Positions 30,847 to 40,560 of a stretch of 64,000 bases of DNA are shown here, piece after piece; the stretch's first letter is position 1; every line of letters starts with the position of its first letter. The stretch covers positions 195,238 to 259,237 of the forward strand of contig CAWACZ010000012.1 in assembly GCA_963780685.1 (NCBI GenBank), in the 5' to 3' direction. A model generated the notes under the pieces. It was not told the DNA's origin, did no database searches, and worked only from the letters and a program-made list of their open reading frames with translations. A program made the translations under genes and the position numbers. This DNA comes from an uncultured Acidobacteriota bacterium (GTDB lineage Bacteria; Acidobacteriota; Vicinamibacteria; Vicinamibacterales; CAVVIG01).

Positions 30847-31872
30847 AACTCGCGGACTCTGGGCACCACCTTGGTTCCGTACAGCTCGAGGCTCGTCATC
30901 AATTTGTCGTGCGGCAACGTGCCATTCGGCGTACTTGAGGTCGAATCGAGAGAGACCGAGGCCTTTCATCGTCGCGACGATTTTCTGGGCAACCGTTTCG
31001 GGAGAGCCGACGAACAGCGCGCCGTCGGGCCCGGCCTCTCGCTCGAACCCGGCGCGCGTGATGGGCGGCCACCCGCGCTCGGCGCCGATCCGATTCATCA
31101 AACCCGCGTGGTGCGGCCACAACTCCTCTTTGGCTTGCTCGTCGGTCGCCGCGAGGTGACCCGGTGAATGCGCGCCGATTGGCTGTATCGGCTTCTCGAA
31201 TCGCTCGAGCGACTGATGGTAGAGCTGCGCATATGGCAAAAATCGTAGGGGGTTTCCGCCGATGATCGCCAGAATCAGCGGCAGTCCGTAGTAGGCGGCG
31301 CGGACGACCGATTCCGGGCTGCCGCCGACGCCCACCCACGTGCGGAGCGTGCCCGTTTCGATCGGTGGATACACGACCTGGCCGCTGAGCGACGCGCGCA
31401 GTTGTCCTTTCCACGTCACCGGCTGATTCTTGAGCAGCTCGGCGAAGAGATTGAGCTTTTCCTCGAACAGCGGCTCGTAATGGGCGAGGTCGTAGCCGAA
31501 CAGCGGAAACGACTCCGTGAACGAGCCCCGCCCGACCATCACCTCCGCGCGCCCGCTCGAAATCGCATTGAGCGTCGAAAAACGCTCGAAGACGCGAACC
31601 GGGTCGTCCGTGCTCAACACCGTGACCGCGGTCCCCAGCCGAATGCGCCTGGACCTTGCCGCAATCGCGGCGAGGACCACTTCGGAAGCAGAAATGGAAA
31701 AATCCCTGCGGTGATGTTCGCCGACGCCGAAGGCGTCGAGCCCGACTTGATCCGCGAGCTCTCCTTCGTCTATCACGTGTCGAAGCGTTTCGGCCTGCGA
31801 GAGAGATCGCCCCTCGGAGTCGACAGTGACGTCTCCGAAGGTGTTCACACCCAGTTCAATCGCGGCTGCCAT
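30847..31872 (-). CDS. LLM-class (luciferase-like) flavin-dependent oxidoreductase, apparent frameshift near 30935
   Basis: MAAAIELGVNTFGD...GLDAFGVGEHHRRDFSISASEVVLAAIAARSRRIRLGTAVTVLSTDDPVRVFE. After the shift my translation ends NGTLPHDKLMTSLELYGTKVVPRVRELLA*, a typical C-terminus. Confidence 0.85.
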
Positions 31873-32006
31873 ATTCCTCCATGTCGAGTGATGGCCCCTG
31901 TCAGTCTTGAGTTCGACTTTGTCAGATCGCGTCCGCACCGACGTGAGTGCGAAACATGCTGGTCGATTCGTCGGCGGCGAAGGATTCGCCGCGAAAGCGC
32001 CGATCG

Positions 32007-33170
32007 TTACTTTTTCGCCGCTACCATTTTCGTGATCCGGCCGACGCTCGTGTCGCCTGAATAGAGATTGCCTTGCGAATCCATGGCCATGTAGTTGGAT
32101 TCGACGAACTGGCCGTCCCCTCTCCCCGGTCCGTTGCCGACCGCACCAAGCACGTTGCCATCCCAGTCAATCTTGAAGATTTGACCGTCCTGACCGGTCG
32201 CCAGCCAGAGCTGTTTGTGCGGGTCCACATAGAGCGCGCACGTGAGGTTTCTCATTTGAATCGTTTTGATGAACTTGCCGTCTTTGTCGTAAACGACAAG
32301 GCGATATTCCTCGCGATCGGCGATATACACGTCGCCGTTGTTCGGATTGATGGCAATCCCATGGACCATGCTGAAGTGTCCCTGGCCGGCACGGTTTCCG
32401 AACCACTGATTGATGAACTTGCCGTTCTTGTCGAGGTGCAGGACGCGCGCGGCGCCAATCCTGTTGGTCGGAGACTTGTCGGTGTCGTTGGGACTCTCGT
32501 TCGCATGACCCTGGCCGATATAGACGTCGCCATTCGGGGCGAAGGCGACGTGCAGCGGCTGCCAGAGAAGTCTTTGTCCCTTGGCCTCGTCCCAATCACC
32601 CCGTTGTCCCCTCACACCGATGGTCATCAGGAGCTTTCCCTCGGGACTCAGCTTCATCACGGTGTCGCCATGCTCGTCGCAGATCCAGATGTTGTCCTCT
32701 CGGTCGATGGCCATGCCATGTGCCTTGTTCTGGTGGCCGATCACCTCGTCGCCGATTGCGCGGACCAGCTTCTGGTTCTGATCGAACTCGAACAACTGTG
32801 GCTTTCCGGCGGCGTTGCGCTGAAAAGCGAACAGGTGTCCCTTCGAATTGATCGCGACCGCCGCGACACCACCACCGCCCTCGGGCAACGCGAACGGGTA
32901 GGCGTAGGTGAAACCCATATCGGGCGTGCGCAGTTCATGAGAGATGAGGTTGCGCTCCCTTCCCCAGTTGCAGATGGGCGAATGCGTGCACGGCTCGGCG
33001 CCAGCGTTTCCCTGTATGCCGCCCCCTTGCCCACCGCTCCTCCCGCCGGAGGTCACTTGTGATGTCGAAGCCACGGCCGACGCTTGCGGCCCGGCGGCTG
33101 GCGTGTCCGTTTGTGAGAATGCCAGCGTACAGAGTCCGACCACGACTCCACGGAAAGTACGTCCTCTCAT
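32007..33170 (-). CDS. Secreted NHL-repeat / six-bladed beta-propeller protein
   Basis: Repeated blades: AHGMAIDREDNIWICD, PLHVAFAPNGDVYIGQG, VHGIAINPNNGDVYIADREEYRLVVYDKDGKF, MAMDSQGNLYSGD. Intact, 387 aa. Confidence 0.75.
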   Translation of the reverse strand: MRGRTFRGVVVGLCTLAFSQTDTPAAGPQASAVASTSQVTSGGRSGGQGGGIQGNAGAEPCTHSPICNWGRERNLISHELRTPDMGFTYAYPFALPEGGGGVAAVAINSKGHLFAFQRNAAGKPQLFEFDQNQKLVRAIGDEVIGHQNKAHGMAIDREDNIWICDEHGDTVMKLSPEGKLLMTIGVRGQRGDWDEAKGQRLLWQPLHVAFAPNGDVYIGQGHANESPNDTDKSPTNRIGAARVLHLDKNGKFINQWFGNRAGQGHFSMVHGIAINPNNGDVYIADREEYRLVVYDKDGKFIKTIQMRNLTCALYVDPHKQLWLATGQDGQIFKIDWDGNVLGAVGNGPGRGDGQFVESNYMAMDSQGNLYSGDTSVGRITKMVAAKK

Positions 33171-33185
33171 TTCAACCTCCCGGCC

Positions 33186-34830
33186 TCAACGCACCGTCTT
33201 CGCCTTCGCCTCGTCGCGCCGCCACGCGTAGTAACCGTCGAGCGCCTTGAGCTGAGGCATGTTCGGCACCGGTCGAGCGCTCGACCGTCCGTCGAAATGC
33301 ATGGCGTTCTGAGCGGTGGGAGTAAACGCGGGCCAGGCGGGCAGACCCGGCCCATTCGGGTCGCCGTTCTTCGCGAAGTTCACCCAGTAACTGCTCACGA
33401 GATCTGACATCGCGTGGTCCTCAGGGCGGGGCGGGCCGGCCGCACCAAGTGGACCACTCGAGGCGCCAAGCGTGCGAAATACGTAGCCGATTTCCGCGCC
33501 GTGATTGGCACCATTCGGCGACTGCGGCGTCCGATGGTCGAAGTAATAGACGTACGCCTTCCCCTTGCCCTTCTCGGCCTGCAGCATCGCCCACGCCCAC
33601 GTGGGCCACGCGAACGCCGTAGTCGCGGAAGATGTCCTTGCCGGCTTTGGCCGCTTCCGCGTCGGTGGCATGCGGATATGCGGCGAGAATCGCGTCGGCG
33701 TGTTTGCCGTAGCCTTCGCGAATCTGCGATTCGAAGAGCGCCTTTGTCATGCCGGGTTGCGCAAACAAGGCGCCTTCGTCCGAGTTCGTGCCGATGAGCA
33801 CGGGCGTGTCGTAGAAACGCCCCGCCTTGTACAGCTCGTACTGATCGCCCGGCAGCACGTCGCCGTCGAAGACCGGCCAGAAGCCGCCCTGCAAGCCCGG
33901 GCCCTGGGCCGTTTGCAGCTGGTCGACGCTCAGCTCGCGCGCGGCAGCGATGTCCTTCGCGCCGAGCTTGGCGAGAAAGCTCTGCCCCGTTGCCTCCGCC
34001 ACCTTGAGCGGCGGGACGTTCTGTCCGCCTTCGTTGGCGAACCGCGGGGGGCCGAAGTTGCCGCCGCTTTCGGAGATCGCGCGTTGAAACAAGCCTTTTG
34101 CGGCTGGCGACGCGGCCAACATGCTCACGGCGATGCCGCCCGCGGATTCGCCGAAGATCGTGACGCGCGCGGGATCCCCGCCAAACTTCGCGATGTTGGC
34201 CTTCACCCAACGAAGCCCCTCGATCTGATCCTGGAGGCCGTAGTTGCCCGAACCCTTGCCGCTCTCGCGACTGAGCTCGGCGTGGGCGAGGAATCCGAAC
34301 GCACCCACCCTGTAGGCGACGCTGACCAGGACGACACCCTTCTCAGCGAGCCGCGTCCCATCGTAGGCCGGAACACTCGTCTGGCCGCCCACGAAACCGC
34401 CGCCGTAGATCCACACCATCACTGGCAGTGCCTCGCCCGCCGTCTTCGCCGGCGTCCAGACGTTGAGATAGAGGCAGTCCTCGTTGATCTCGGGTGGCGC
34501 GCCGAACAACCTTGCAAAGTTCGGATCCTGCACGCAGCTCGGCCCGAATGCGGCGGCCTGCTTCACGCCCGTCCACGGCCTAACGGGCTGCGGCGCCTTC
34601 CACCGCAGCGGTCCCACCGGTGGAGCGGCAAACGGAATGCCCTTGAACGAGACGATGCCGTTTGCCAGCACGCCGGCGACGCGGCCGCCGGTCACGTCGA
34701 CTTCCTGCACCTGGGCGCTCGCCGACGGAACCAATAGCAGCGCCACCGCGAGACACGCCGCGTCGATCGCGAGCTTCTTCACGCTCTTCGAGTCCAGGAC
34801 ATTGCGCACAGGTCCACCTTTCTTTCGCAC
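33186..34830 (-). CDS. Carboxylesterase type B (secreted), apparent frameshift near 33610-33670
   Basis: FKGIPFAAPPVGPLRW, EDCLYLNVWTP, VMVWIYGGGF, and FGESAGG (nucleophile elbow) lie in ORF 33421..34830. The C-terminus YVYYFDHRTP...SSYWVNFAKNGDPNGPGLPAWPAF is in ORF 33186..33671. Confidence 0.85.
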
Positions 34831-34973
34831 TCACCGACCCGGCATGACAGGCGCCGGGTGAGCAGGACGGGGAGGGAAATCTTACTCTCAGCCGCGCTTC
34901 GTCCGCGGGGGGAACCCTTGGGGCATGAAAGGTTCCGGCGTCGACGCTATAGAATCGTTCGACTGGCCCATCA

Positions 34974-37900
34974 ATGGCGTTCGGCGCGGCTGAGCCCCGC
35001 TATGAGATCGTCGAAATCATCGGCCGCGGAGGCATGGGAGAGGTCTGTCTCGCCGACGATGTGATGCTCGACCGCAAGGTTGCGCTCAAGTTCGTCAGCG
35101 AGCCCCGCGAAAGAGACGGCCTGGAGCAACTGCTCAGCGAGGCCCGAGCCGCAGCCGCTCTCGACCATCCGTTCATCTGCTCGATTTACGAAGTCACGAC
35201 GCACAACGGCCGCCCCTGCATCGCCATGGAGTACGTCCGCGGCGAGTCGCTCGAACGGCGGCTGCGCGGCGGGCCGCTGCCGCTTGGAGAGGCGCTCCGG
35301 GTGGCGGAAGAGATCGCCGAGGCGCTCGACGCGGCGCACAAGCGGCTCGTCGTTCACCGCGATCTCAAGCCGGCGAACGTCATGCTCACCGAGGACCAGC
35401 ACATCAAAGTCATGGACTTCGGGTTGGCGACCCGCTTGCCGCGGGCCGCCGCCGTCGACCAGGCGGCGACCGTCACGATTGCGGTGACGGATGCCGTCGT
35501 GAAAGGCACGCCGGCCTACATGGCGCCGGAACAGATCCGCGGCGAACCAGCCGATCGCCGATCCGATATTTTCGCGTTCGGCATTCTGCTGTATGAGGTG
35601 GTCTCGGGAACCAATCCGTTCCATCGCGGGGGGATCACCGCCACTTTCGCGGCCATTCTCGGCGAGCCGGCGCCGACGCTCCGCGGCCGCCTGCCGGCGA
35701 TTCCGCCTGCGCTCGATGCCCTTCTGGCACGGCTGCTGGCGAAGGATCAGGCCGCGCGATATCAGTCCTTCGGCGACGTCCGCAGCGCTCTGCGCGGCCT
35801 TTCGGTCGACATGTCTTCGTCGCTCGCGGCGCCGGCCGTTGTCGAGCGGCCGGCAAGCGATGACAGCGCCACGCTGATTGGGCGCGACGCTGAGGGGGCG
35901 CAGCTGCTGCAAAGCCTTCACCAGGCAAGGTCCGGTCGAGGCAGCCTCGTCCTGCTGGTCGGAGACGCGGGTATCGGAAAAACTCGACTGGCGGAAGATG
36001 CCCTGACGGCGGCGCGGCGGCTCGGATGTCAGACGCTCGTTGGCCGATGCTACGAGCAGGAGGACACGCCTGCGCTCATCCCGTACATCGAAGTGCTCGA
36101 GGAGGCCTCCCGGCTGATGCCCGCCGCACTGTTTCGCGAGGCGGTCGGTGCGAGCGCGCCCGAACTGGCGAAACTGATACCGGAGCTGCATCATCTGTTC
36201 CCCGACATGGCGGCGCCGCTGGAGTTGCCGCCGCAGCTGCAGCAACGATACCTGTTCACGAATGTCCGCGAGTTCCTCACTCGAAGCGGTCGCTCCATGC
36301 CGCTCGTGATCTTCATCGACGATCTGCAGTGGGCAGACGAGTCGACCGTTCAGCTGACGCAGCAGCTGGCGCAGCAGCTCGCCAACCTCCCGATCCTCGT
36401 CATCGCGGCGTACCGCGAGGTGGACGTCGCCCCCACTGGCCCTGGCAGGGGCAGGCTTCACAACCTGCTGGACCGGGTCCGTGGTCAGGGGATTCCCGCA
36501 TCACAGTCGATCAAGGCCGCGCTCGATCAGCTGGTCGGCCAGCGCCACGCCCGTACGATCGCGCTGCGCCCGTTGACACAACCCGAAGTGCAGGGCGTGC
36601 TCGCAGCGCTCGGCCAGCCAAACCCGCCGGCCGCGCTCGTCCGGAAATTCGCCGAGCACACCGGCGGAAATCCGCTGTTCATCGCCGAGCTGTTCCGGCA
36701 CCTGAAGGACGAAGGACGGCTGTTCGACGCCCGCAACCACTGGACGCGCAACATCGACCTCGACGATGTCGAGATTCCCGACACGGTGCGCATCGTGCTG
36801 GAGCGCCGGATTCAGCGCGTCTCGCCCGAAACGCAGAACGTGCTGAAAGCCGCGGCGGTGATTGGCCGTCAGTTCGAGCCCGACCTGCTCGAAGAGGTCG
36901 CCGAAATCGACAGCGATACGCTGCTCTCGGCGCTGGACGAGGCCGAGCAAGCCCGGATCCTGAGAGGCCCTTCGGGGCGCCGCGACACCATGTGGCGCTT
37001 TGCCCATCAGTTCATTTGCCAGATGCTGACCGGCGCGATTCCCCAGCTTCGCCGGCAACGGCTGCACTTGCGCGTCGCCGACGCGATGGCGCGGCTCGAC
37101 CGAGAGTCCCGCGTGTACACATCCGGGATCGCGCATCATCTGTACTGTGCCGGCCGCCTGGCCGACCCCGGTCGAGCCGCCCGCGCGCTGATCACGGCTG
37201 GCGACGCCGCGCACGTCGTGTATGCCACCGAAGAAGCGGTCCAGCATTATCGCCGGGCCCTCGAGGTGTTGAAGGATACGAGCGGCCACGAACGAGAGCG
37301 GCTTTCGGTGCAGGAAACGCTCGCGGACCTGCTGGCACTGCAAGGCGATCGCGCCGCAGCGATGGAACACTACGAAACAGTCAGCGCCGCTTACCGCGCC
37401 GCACAGGCGCCGGTCGATCAGGCGCGCGTCGCCCGCAAGACCGGCACGCTCCATTGGCAGGCCGGCGATCGTGCCGAGGCGATGGCGGCGTATCGTCGGG
37501 CACTGGAGGCCCTCGCCGGAGCAACGGCGCACCTCGAATCGGCCCACCTTTATCAGGAGCTGGGGCTCGCCGCGTTTCGCAGCGGAGACAACGACCAGGC
37601 ACGCGAGTGGGCGGAGCGCGCGCTGCAATCGGCGGAGCTCGCGCTCACCGCGCCTGCGTCCGACGGGTCGCAGGTCCGCAAAGCGGCGACAACGGCGATC
37701 GCGCAGGCCACCAATACGATCGGCGTCGCGCTGGCACGGTCCGGGCAGCTCGACGCCGCCCGCGAGCGCATCGAGCGCAGCCTCGCCGCGTCACGGGATC
37801 TGGGACTGCTCGACGTCGCCTGCCGCGCCTACGCCAATCTCGGAGTCCTCTACAGTTCCGTCGAGCCGCAACGTGCGATCGACGTGTCGCTGACGGGGCT

Positions 37901-38330
37901 CGAGCTGGCGTCGAGGATCGGCGCACCGTCGCTCCAGTCGTATATTTACGCGAACCTCGCGGCCGCGTACTGCGCGTTGACCGAAAGGTGCGAAACAGAA
38001 GGCCTTGAGGCGGCGCAGACGGCCGTCGCGCTCGACCGCGAGCTGGGGCAGCTGGACCATCTCGCCGTTCCGCTCGTCGTCATGGCGCAGATCCATCAAT
38101 GCCGCGGCGAGCTCGAGAAGGCGCAAGAGGAGTATCACGAGGCGCTCGCGCTGGCTGAAAAGATCGGCGAGCCGCAGTTGATCTTCCCCTGCTACGACGG
38201 CCTCGCCACGATCCACCTGGATCGAGGCGACCGCGGTCGTGCGGAAGAATTCATGGTGAAAGCTCAGCAGCTGTGCGAACGGACCGGTCTCGATCCCGAT
38301 GCGCTACTCCTGCTCCCGTTCTTGTGTTGA
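34974..38330 (+). CDS. Ser/Thr protein kinase fused to AAA/STAND-type ATPase and TPR array (intact, 1118 aa)
   Basis: Kinase motifs are GRGGMGEV, VALKF, HRDLKPANVM, DFGLA and APEQ. Walker A is VGDAGIGKTRL and the Walker-B-like segment is LVIFIDDLQWAD. A long TPR-like C-terminus follows. Confidence 0.9.
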   Translation: MAFGAAEPRYEIVEIIGRGGMGEVCLADDVMLDRKVALKFVSEPRERDGLEQLLSEARAAAALDHPFICSIYEVTTHNGRPCIAMEYVRGESLERRLRGGPLPLGEALRVAEEIAEALDAAHKRLVVHRDLKPANVMLTEDQHIKVMDFGLATRLPRAAAVDQAATVTIAVTDAVVKGTPAYMAPEQIRGEPADRRSDIFAFGILLYEVVSGTNPFHRGGITATFAAILGEPAPTLRGRLPAIPPALDALLARLLAKDQAARYQSFGDVRSALRGLSVDMSSSLAAPAVVERPASDDSATLIGRDAEGAQLLQSLHQARSGRGSLVLLVGDAGIGKTRLAEDALTAARRLGCQTLVGRCYEQEDTPALIPYIEVLEEASRLMPAALFREAVGASAPELAKLIPELHHLFPDMAAPLELPPQLQQRYLFTNVREFLTRSGRSMPLVIFIDDLQWADESTVQLTQQLAQQLANLPILVIAAYREVDVAPTGPGRGRLHNLLDRVRGQGIPASQSIKAALDQLVGQRHARTIALRPLTQPEVQGVLAALGQPNPPAALVRKFAEHTGGNPLFIAELFRHLKDEGRLFDARNHWTRNIDLDDVEIPDTVRIVLERRIQRVSPETQNVLKAAAVIGRQFEPDLLEEVAEIDSDTLLSALDEAEQARILRGPSGRRDTMWRFAHQFICQMLTGAIPQLRRQRLHLRVADAMARLDRESRVYTSGIAHHLYCAGRLADPGRAARALITAGDAAHVVYATEEAVQHYRRALEVLKDTSGHERERLSVQETLADLLALQGDRAAAMEHYETVSAAYRAAQAPVDQARVARKTGTLHWQAGDRAEAMAAYRRALEALAGATAHLESAHLYQELGLAAFRSGDNDQAREWAERALQSAELALTAPASDGSQVRKAATTAIAQATNTIGVALARSGQLDAARERIERSLAASRDLGLLDVACRAYANLGVLYSSVEPQRAIDVSLTGLELASRIGAPSLQSYIYANLAAAYCALTERCETEGLEAAQTAVALDRELGQLDHLAVPLVVMAQIHQCRGELEKAQEEYHEALALAEKIGEPQLIFPCYDGLATIHLDRGDRGRAEEFMVKAQQLCERTGLDPDALLLLPFLC

Positions 38331-38400
38331 CGTAGAATTGTCAGCTCGCAGGTCGAGAGAAACGTTCAGAGGCCGTTGAATCTTGGAAAAGGTTGATCCC

Positions 38401-39069
38401 ATGTCGCTATCAGGCCAGATGCCGGTTCAGCCCGGAGAGCCCGCGCCCGACTTCGCCGTGTCGGCCGTGCACGAGGATCGGATGATTTCGTTGGCAGACT
38501 ACCGCGGAAGGACGCCGCTGCTGCTCGGCCTGTTCAGGGGCCTGTACTGCCCGTTCTGCCGGCGTGCGCTGGCCCAGATGGCCGTCTCGTCCGACCGCCT
38601 GAAATCGCTCGGCGTCGATTCGCTGGCCGTTGTCGGCACCGACGTGGAGAATGCGCGGCTTTATTTCAAGTTCAGACCGACGCGCATGGCGCTCGGCGCC
38701 GACCCGAATCTCGTCACCCACCGCTCGTACCGTGTGCCGCGGCCGGAGCCTACGTCCGAGTTGATGCAAGCGATGGCGAACACACAGATCAACCCGACTG
38801 GAGAGCTCCCGGCACCGCTGCCGGTGCCCGCCGCAGGGGCCGCCCTCAACGCGCTCGACGGCTATCAGAGCACGCCGGCCGATCAGCGGGACTTCGAGTC
38901 GGCGTTTACGCAGTTGAAAGGCCAGTTCCTGATCGACCGCGGCGGCGTCGTGCGGTGGGCCCACATCGAGGGCCAGGAGGGCCCCTCCGGTCTCGGCAAG
39001 TTCCCTTCGCACGACGAATTGATTGACGCGGCGAGTATCGTCATCGGCGGCACACGGGTCGGCACTTAG
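38401..39069 (+). CDS. AhpC/TSA (redoxin)-like thiol peroxidase family protein with an internal insertion
   Basis: GEPAPDFAVSAV...ISLADYRGRTPLLLGLFRGLYCPFCRRALAQM...GVDSLAVVGTD. The track ORF starts at 38383. Confidence 0.7.
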   Translation: MSLSGQMPVQPGEPAPDFAVSAVHEDRMISLADYRGRTPLLLGLFRGLYCPFCRRALAQMAVSSDRLKSLGVDSLAVVGTDVENARLYFKFRPTRMALGADPNLVTHRSYRVPRPEPTSELMQAMANTQINPTGELPAPLPVPAAGAALNALDGYQSTPADQRDFESAFTQLKGQFLIDRGGVVRWAHIEGQEGPSGLGKFPSHDELIDAASIVIGGTRVGT

Positions 39070-39190
39070 CGATCCCACCGGTCCAGTTTCGGTCACACAG
39101 TGCGGCTTCGATCCGTCACGAAGGTGACGGCCGACACGGTCACGCCCACGACGGTCACGTGCGTGGCATGCACCGGCATTGCTAAACCTC

Positions 39191-39233
39191 TTGACATGCA
39201 CTAGTCAAGTAATCTATTGATTACTTGACTATG
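39191..39233 (+). promoter_or_regulatory. Candidate promoter (TTGACA at 39191-39196) overlapped by a 30-bp near-perfect palindrome (39202-39231) abutting the ArsR-rhodanese start codon
   Basis: Read directly: TAGTCAAGTAATC-tatt-GATTACTTGACTA, with 13 of 14 symmetric pairs plus a central AT. The ATG at 39231-39233 begins inside the right arm. A weak -10 candidate, TATTGA, lies 18 nt after TTGACA. Confidence 0.6.
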
Positions 39234-39977
39234 ACCGATCCCCACCGAACCTTCAAGGACCGCCTCTACGGTCAGTTCGCTCGCCTCGGCAAGGCGCTCG
39301 CCAGCCCGCATCGCATCGAGATGCTCGAACTGCTCGCACAGAGCGAACGCACGGTCGATTCCCTGGCGACGGAGATGGGCTTGTCGCTGGCGAATGCTTC
39401 TCAGCATCTGCAAGCGCTGCGACAAGCCGCGCTGGTCGAAAGCCGCAAACAAGGCCTATTCGTCCACTACCGGCTCGTCGACCCGTCGGTCTTCGACCTC
39501 TGTGCCGCCCTGCACACGGTGGCCGAGCGACGTCTCGCCGACTTGGATCGCCTCGTGCGCGAGCACTTCGGGGACCGTTCCGACGCCGAGCCGGTGCGCA
39601 TGCGCGATCTGCTGGATCGGGCGCGGGCGAGCGACGTCATCATTCTCGACGCCCGGCCCGCAGCCGAGTACCAGGCGGGCCATATCGCCGGCGCGATTTC
39701 GGTTCCCATCGACCAGCTCCAGAAACGTCTGCGGTCGCTGCCAGTCGACAAGGAGTACGTGGCGTACTGCCGTGGCCCCTACTGTGTGTACGCCGATCGA
39801 GCGGTCGAACTCCTTCTAAAGAGTCGCCGCCGCGCCCGGCGTCTGCTCGAGGGATTTCCGGAGTGGCGCGCGGCGGGATTTCCCATTGCACGAGGGAGCG
39901 ACGCGCCGGCGGTGCCAGGACGGCCGCGACGGCGCGGTTCACGCCGTCCTCGAAAGCGCCTGCTGACGTCGGTTTGA
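39231..39977 (+). CDS. ArsR-family HTH regulator fused to a rhodanese domain
   Basis: LGKALASPHRIEMLELLAQSERTVDSLATEMGLSLANASQHLQALRQAALV is the ArsR part. VIILDARPAAEYQAGHIAGAISVP...YVAYCRGPYCVYA is the rhodanese part, with active-site CRGPYC. Confidence 0.85.
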   Translation: MTDPHRTFKDRLYGQFARLGKALASPHRIEMLELLAQSERTVDSLATEMGLSLANASQHLQALRQAALVESRKQGLFVHYRLVDPSVFDLCAALHTVAERRLADLDRLVREHFGDRSDAEPVRMRDLLDRARASDVIILDARPAAEYQAGHIAGAISVPIDQLQKRLRSLPVDKEYVAYCRGPYCVYADRAVELLLKSRRRARRLLEGFPEWRAAGFPIARGSDAPAVPGRPRRRGSRRPRKRLLTSV

Positions 39978-40041
39978 TTCGCTTGTCGTGGCGACGCTGA
40001 CCGACCGCAGACCCCTCGAGCGCGCACGTGATCGGAGGTGA

Positions 40042-40527
40042 ATGATGGAGAAAGCCGTGATGCGACGACGCCTCGAGGTCCAGGGGTTTCTGCTGGACGA
40101 TGTTGCGCTGCGACAGATCGGCAGGTGGCTGCGGTTCACCCCGGCTCTCTGCGCCACGGGCATCGCCATTGGGACTCTCCTCGCCTCTCCGTCGATGTTG
40201 TGGGCGCTTGCGGCAACCGCTGCTGCCGGCGCGCTGTTTCCCAGACATCCGTTTGATTTCCTCTACAACTTCGCTATTCGGTTCCTGACGAGGACGCAAC
40301 CACTTCCGGTCAATCGAGCTCCAAGACGGTTCGCGTGCGGCGTGGCGGCACTCTGGCTCGCTGGTACGGCGATGGCGTTCGAAGGAGGTCAGCCTGCGCT
40401 TGGCTACATCCTCGGAGGAGCGATAGTCGTCCTCGCCACTCTCGTCAGCTTGACGGATATCTGCATCCCTTCGGTTGTTTACCAGTTCCTGTTCGCGCGG
40501 CGCGACCGGAAGGTCGTACGCGTGTAG
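40042..40527 (+). CDS. DUF4395-like membrane protein
   Basis: VQGFLLDDVALRQIGRWLRFTPALCA...PFDFLYNFAIRFL...NRAPRRFACGVAALWL...SLTDICIPSVVYQFLF. From memory, this family is commonly found next to rhodanese or sulfur-trafficking genes. Confidence 0.6.
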   Translation: MMEKAVMRRRLEVQGFLLDDVALRQIGRWLRFTPALCATGIAIGTLLASPSMLWALAATAAAGALFPRHPFDFLYNFAIRFLTRTQPLPVNRAPRRFACGVAALWLAGTAMAFEGGQPALGYILGGAIVVLATLVSLTDICIPSVVYQFLFARRDRKVVRV

Positions 40528-40560
40528 ATCGAAGCCCTGCACGAGAGGTGGAGGTGACAT

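Noticed and set aside
36026-38008. 660-aa plus-strand ORF, plus the minus-strand ORFs 34971..36461 and 36501..37628
   Set aside because: These are alternative-frame or antisense overlaps of the intact kinase-AAA-TPR gene. They have no motifs and extreme Arg/Pro/Ala content.
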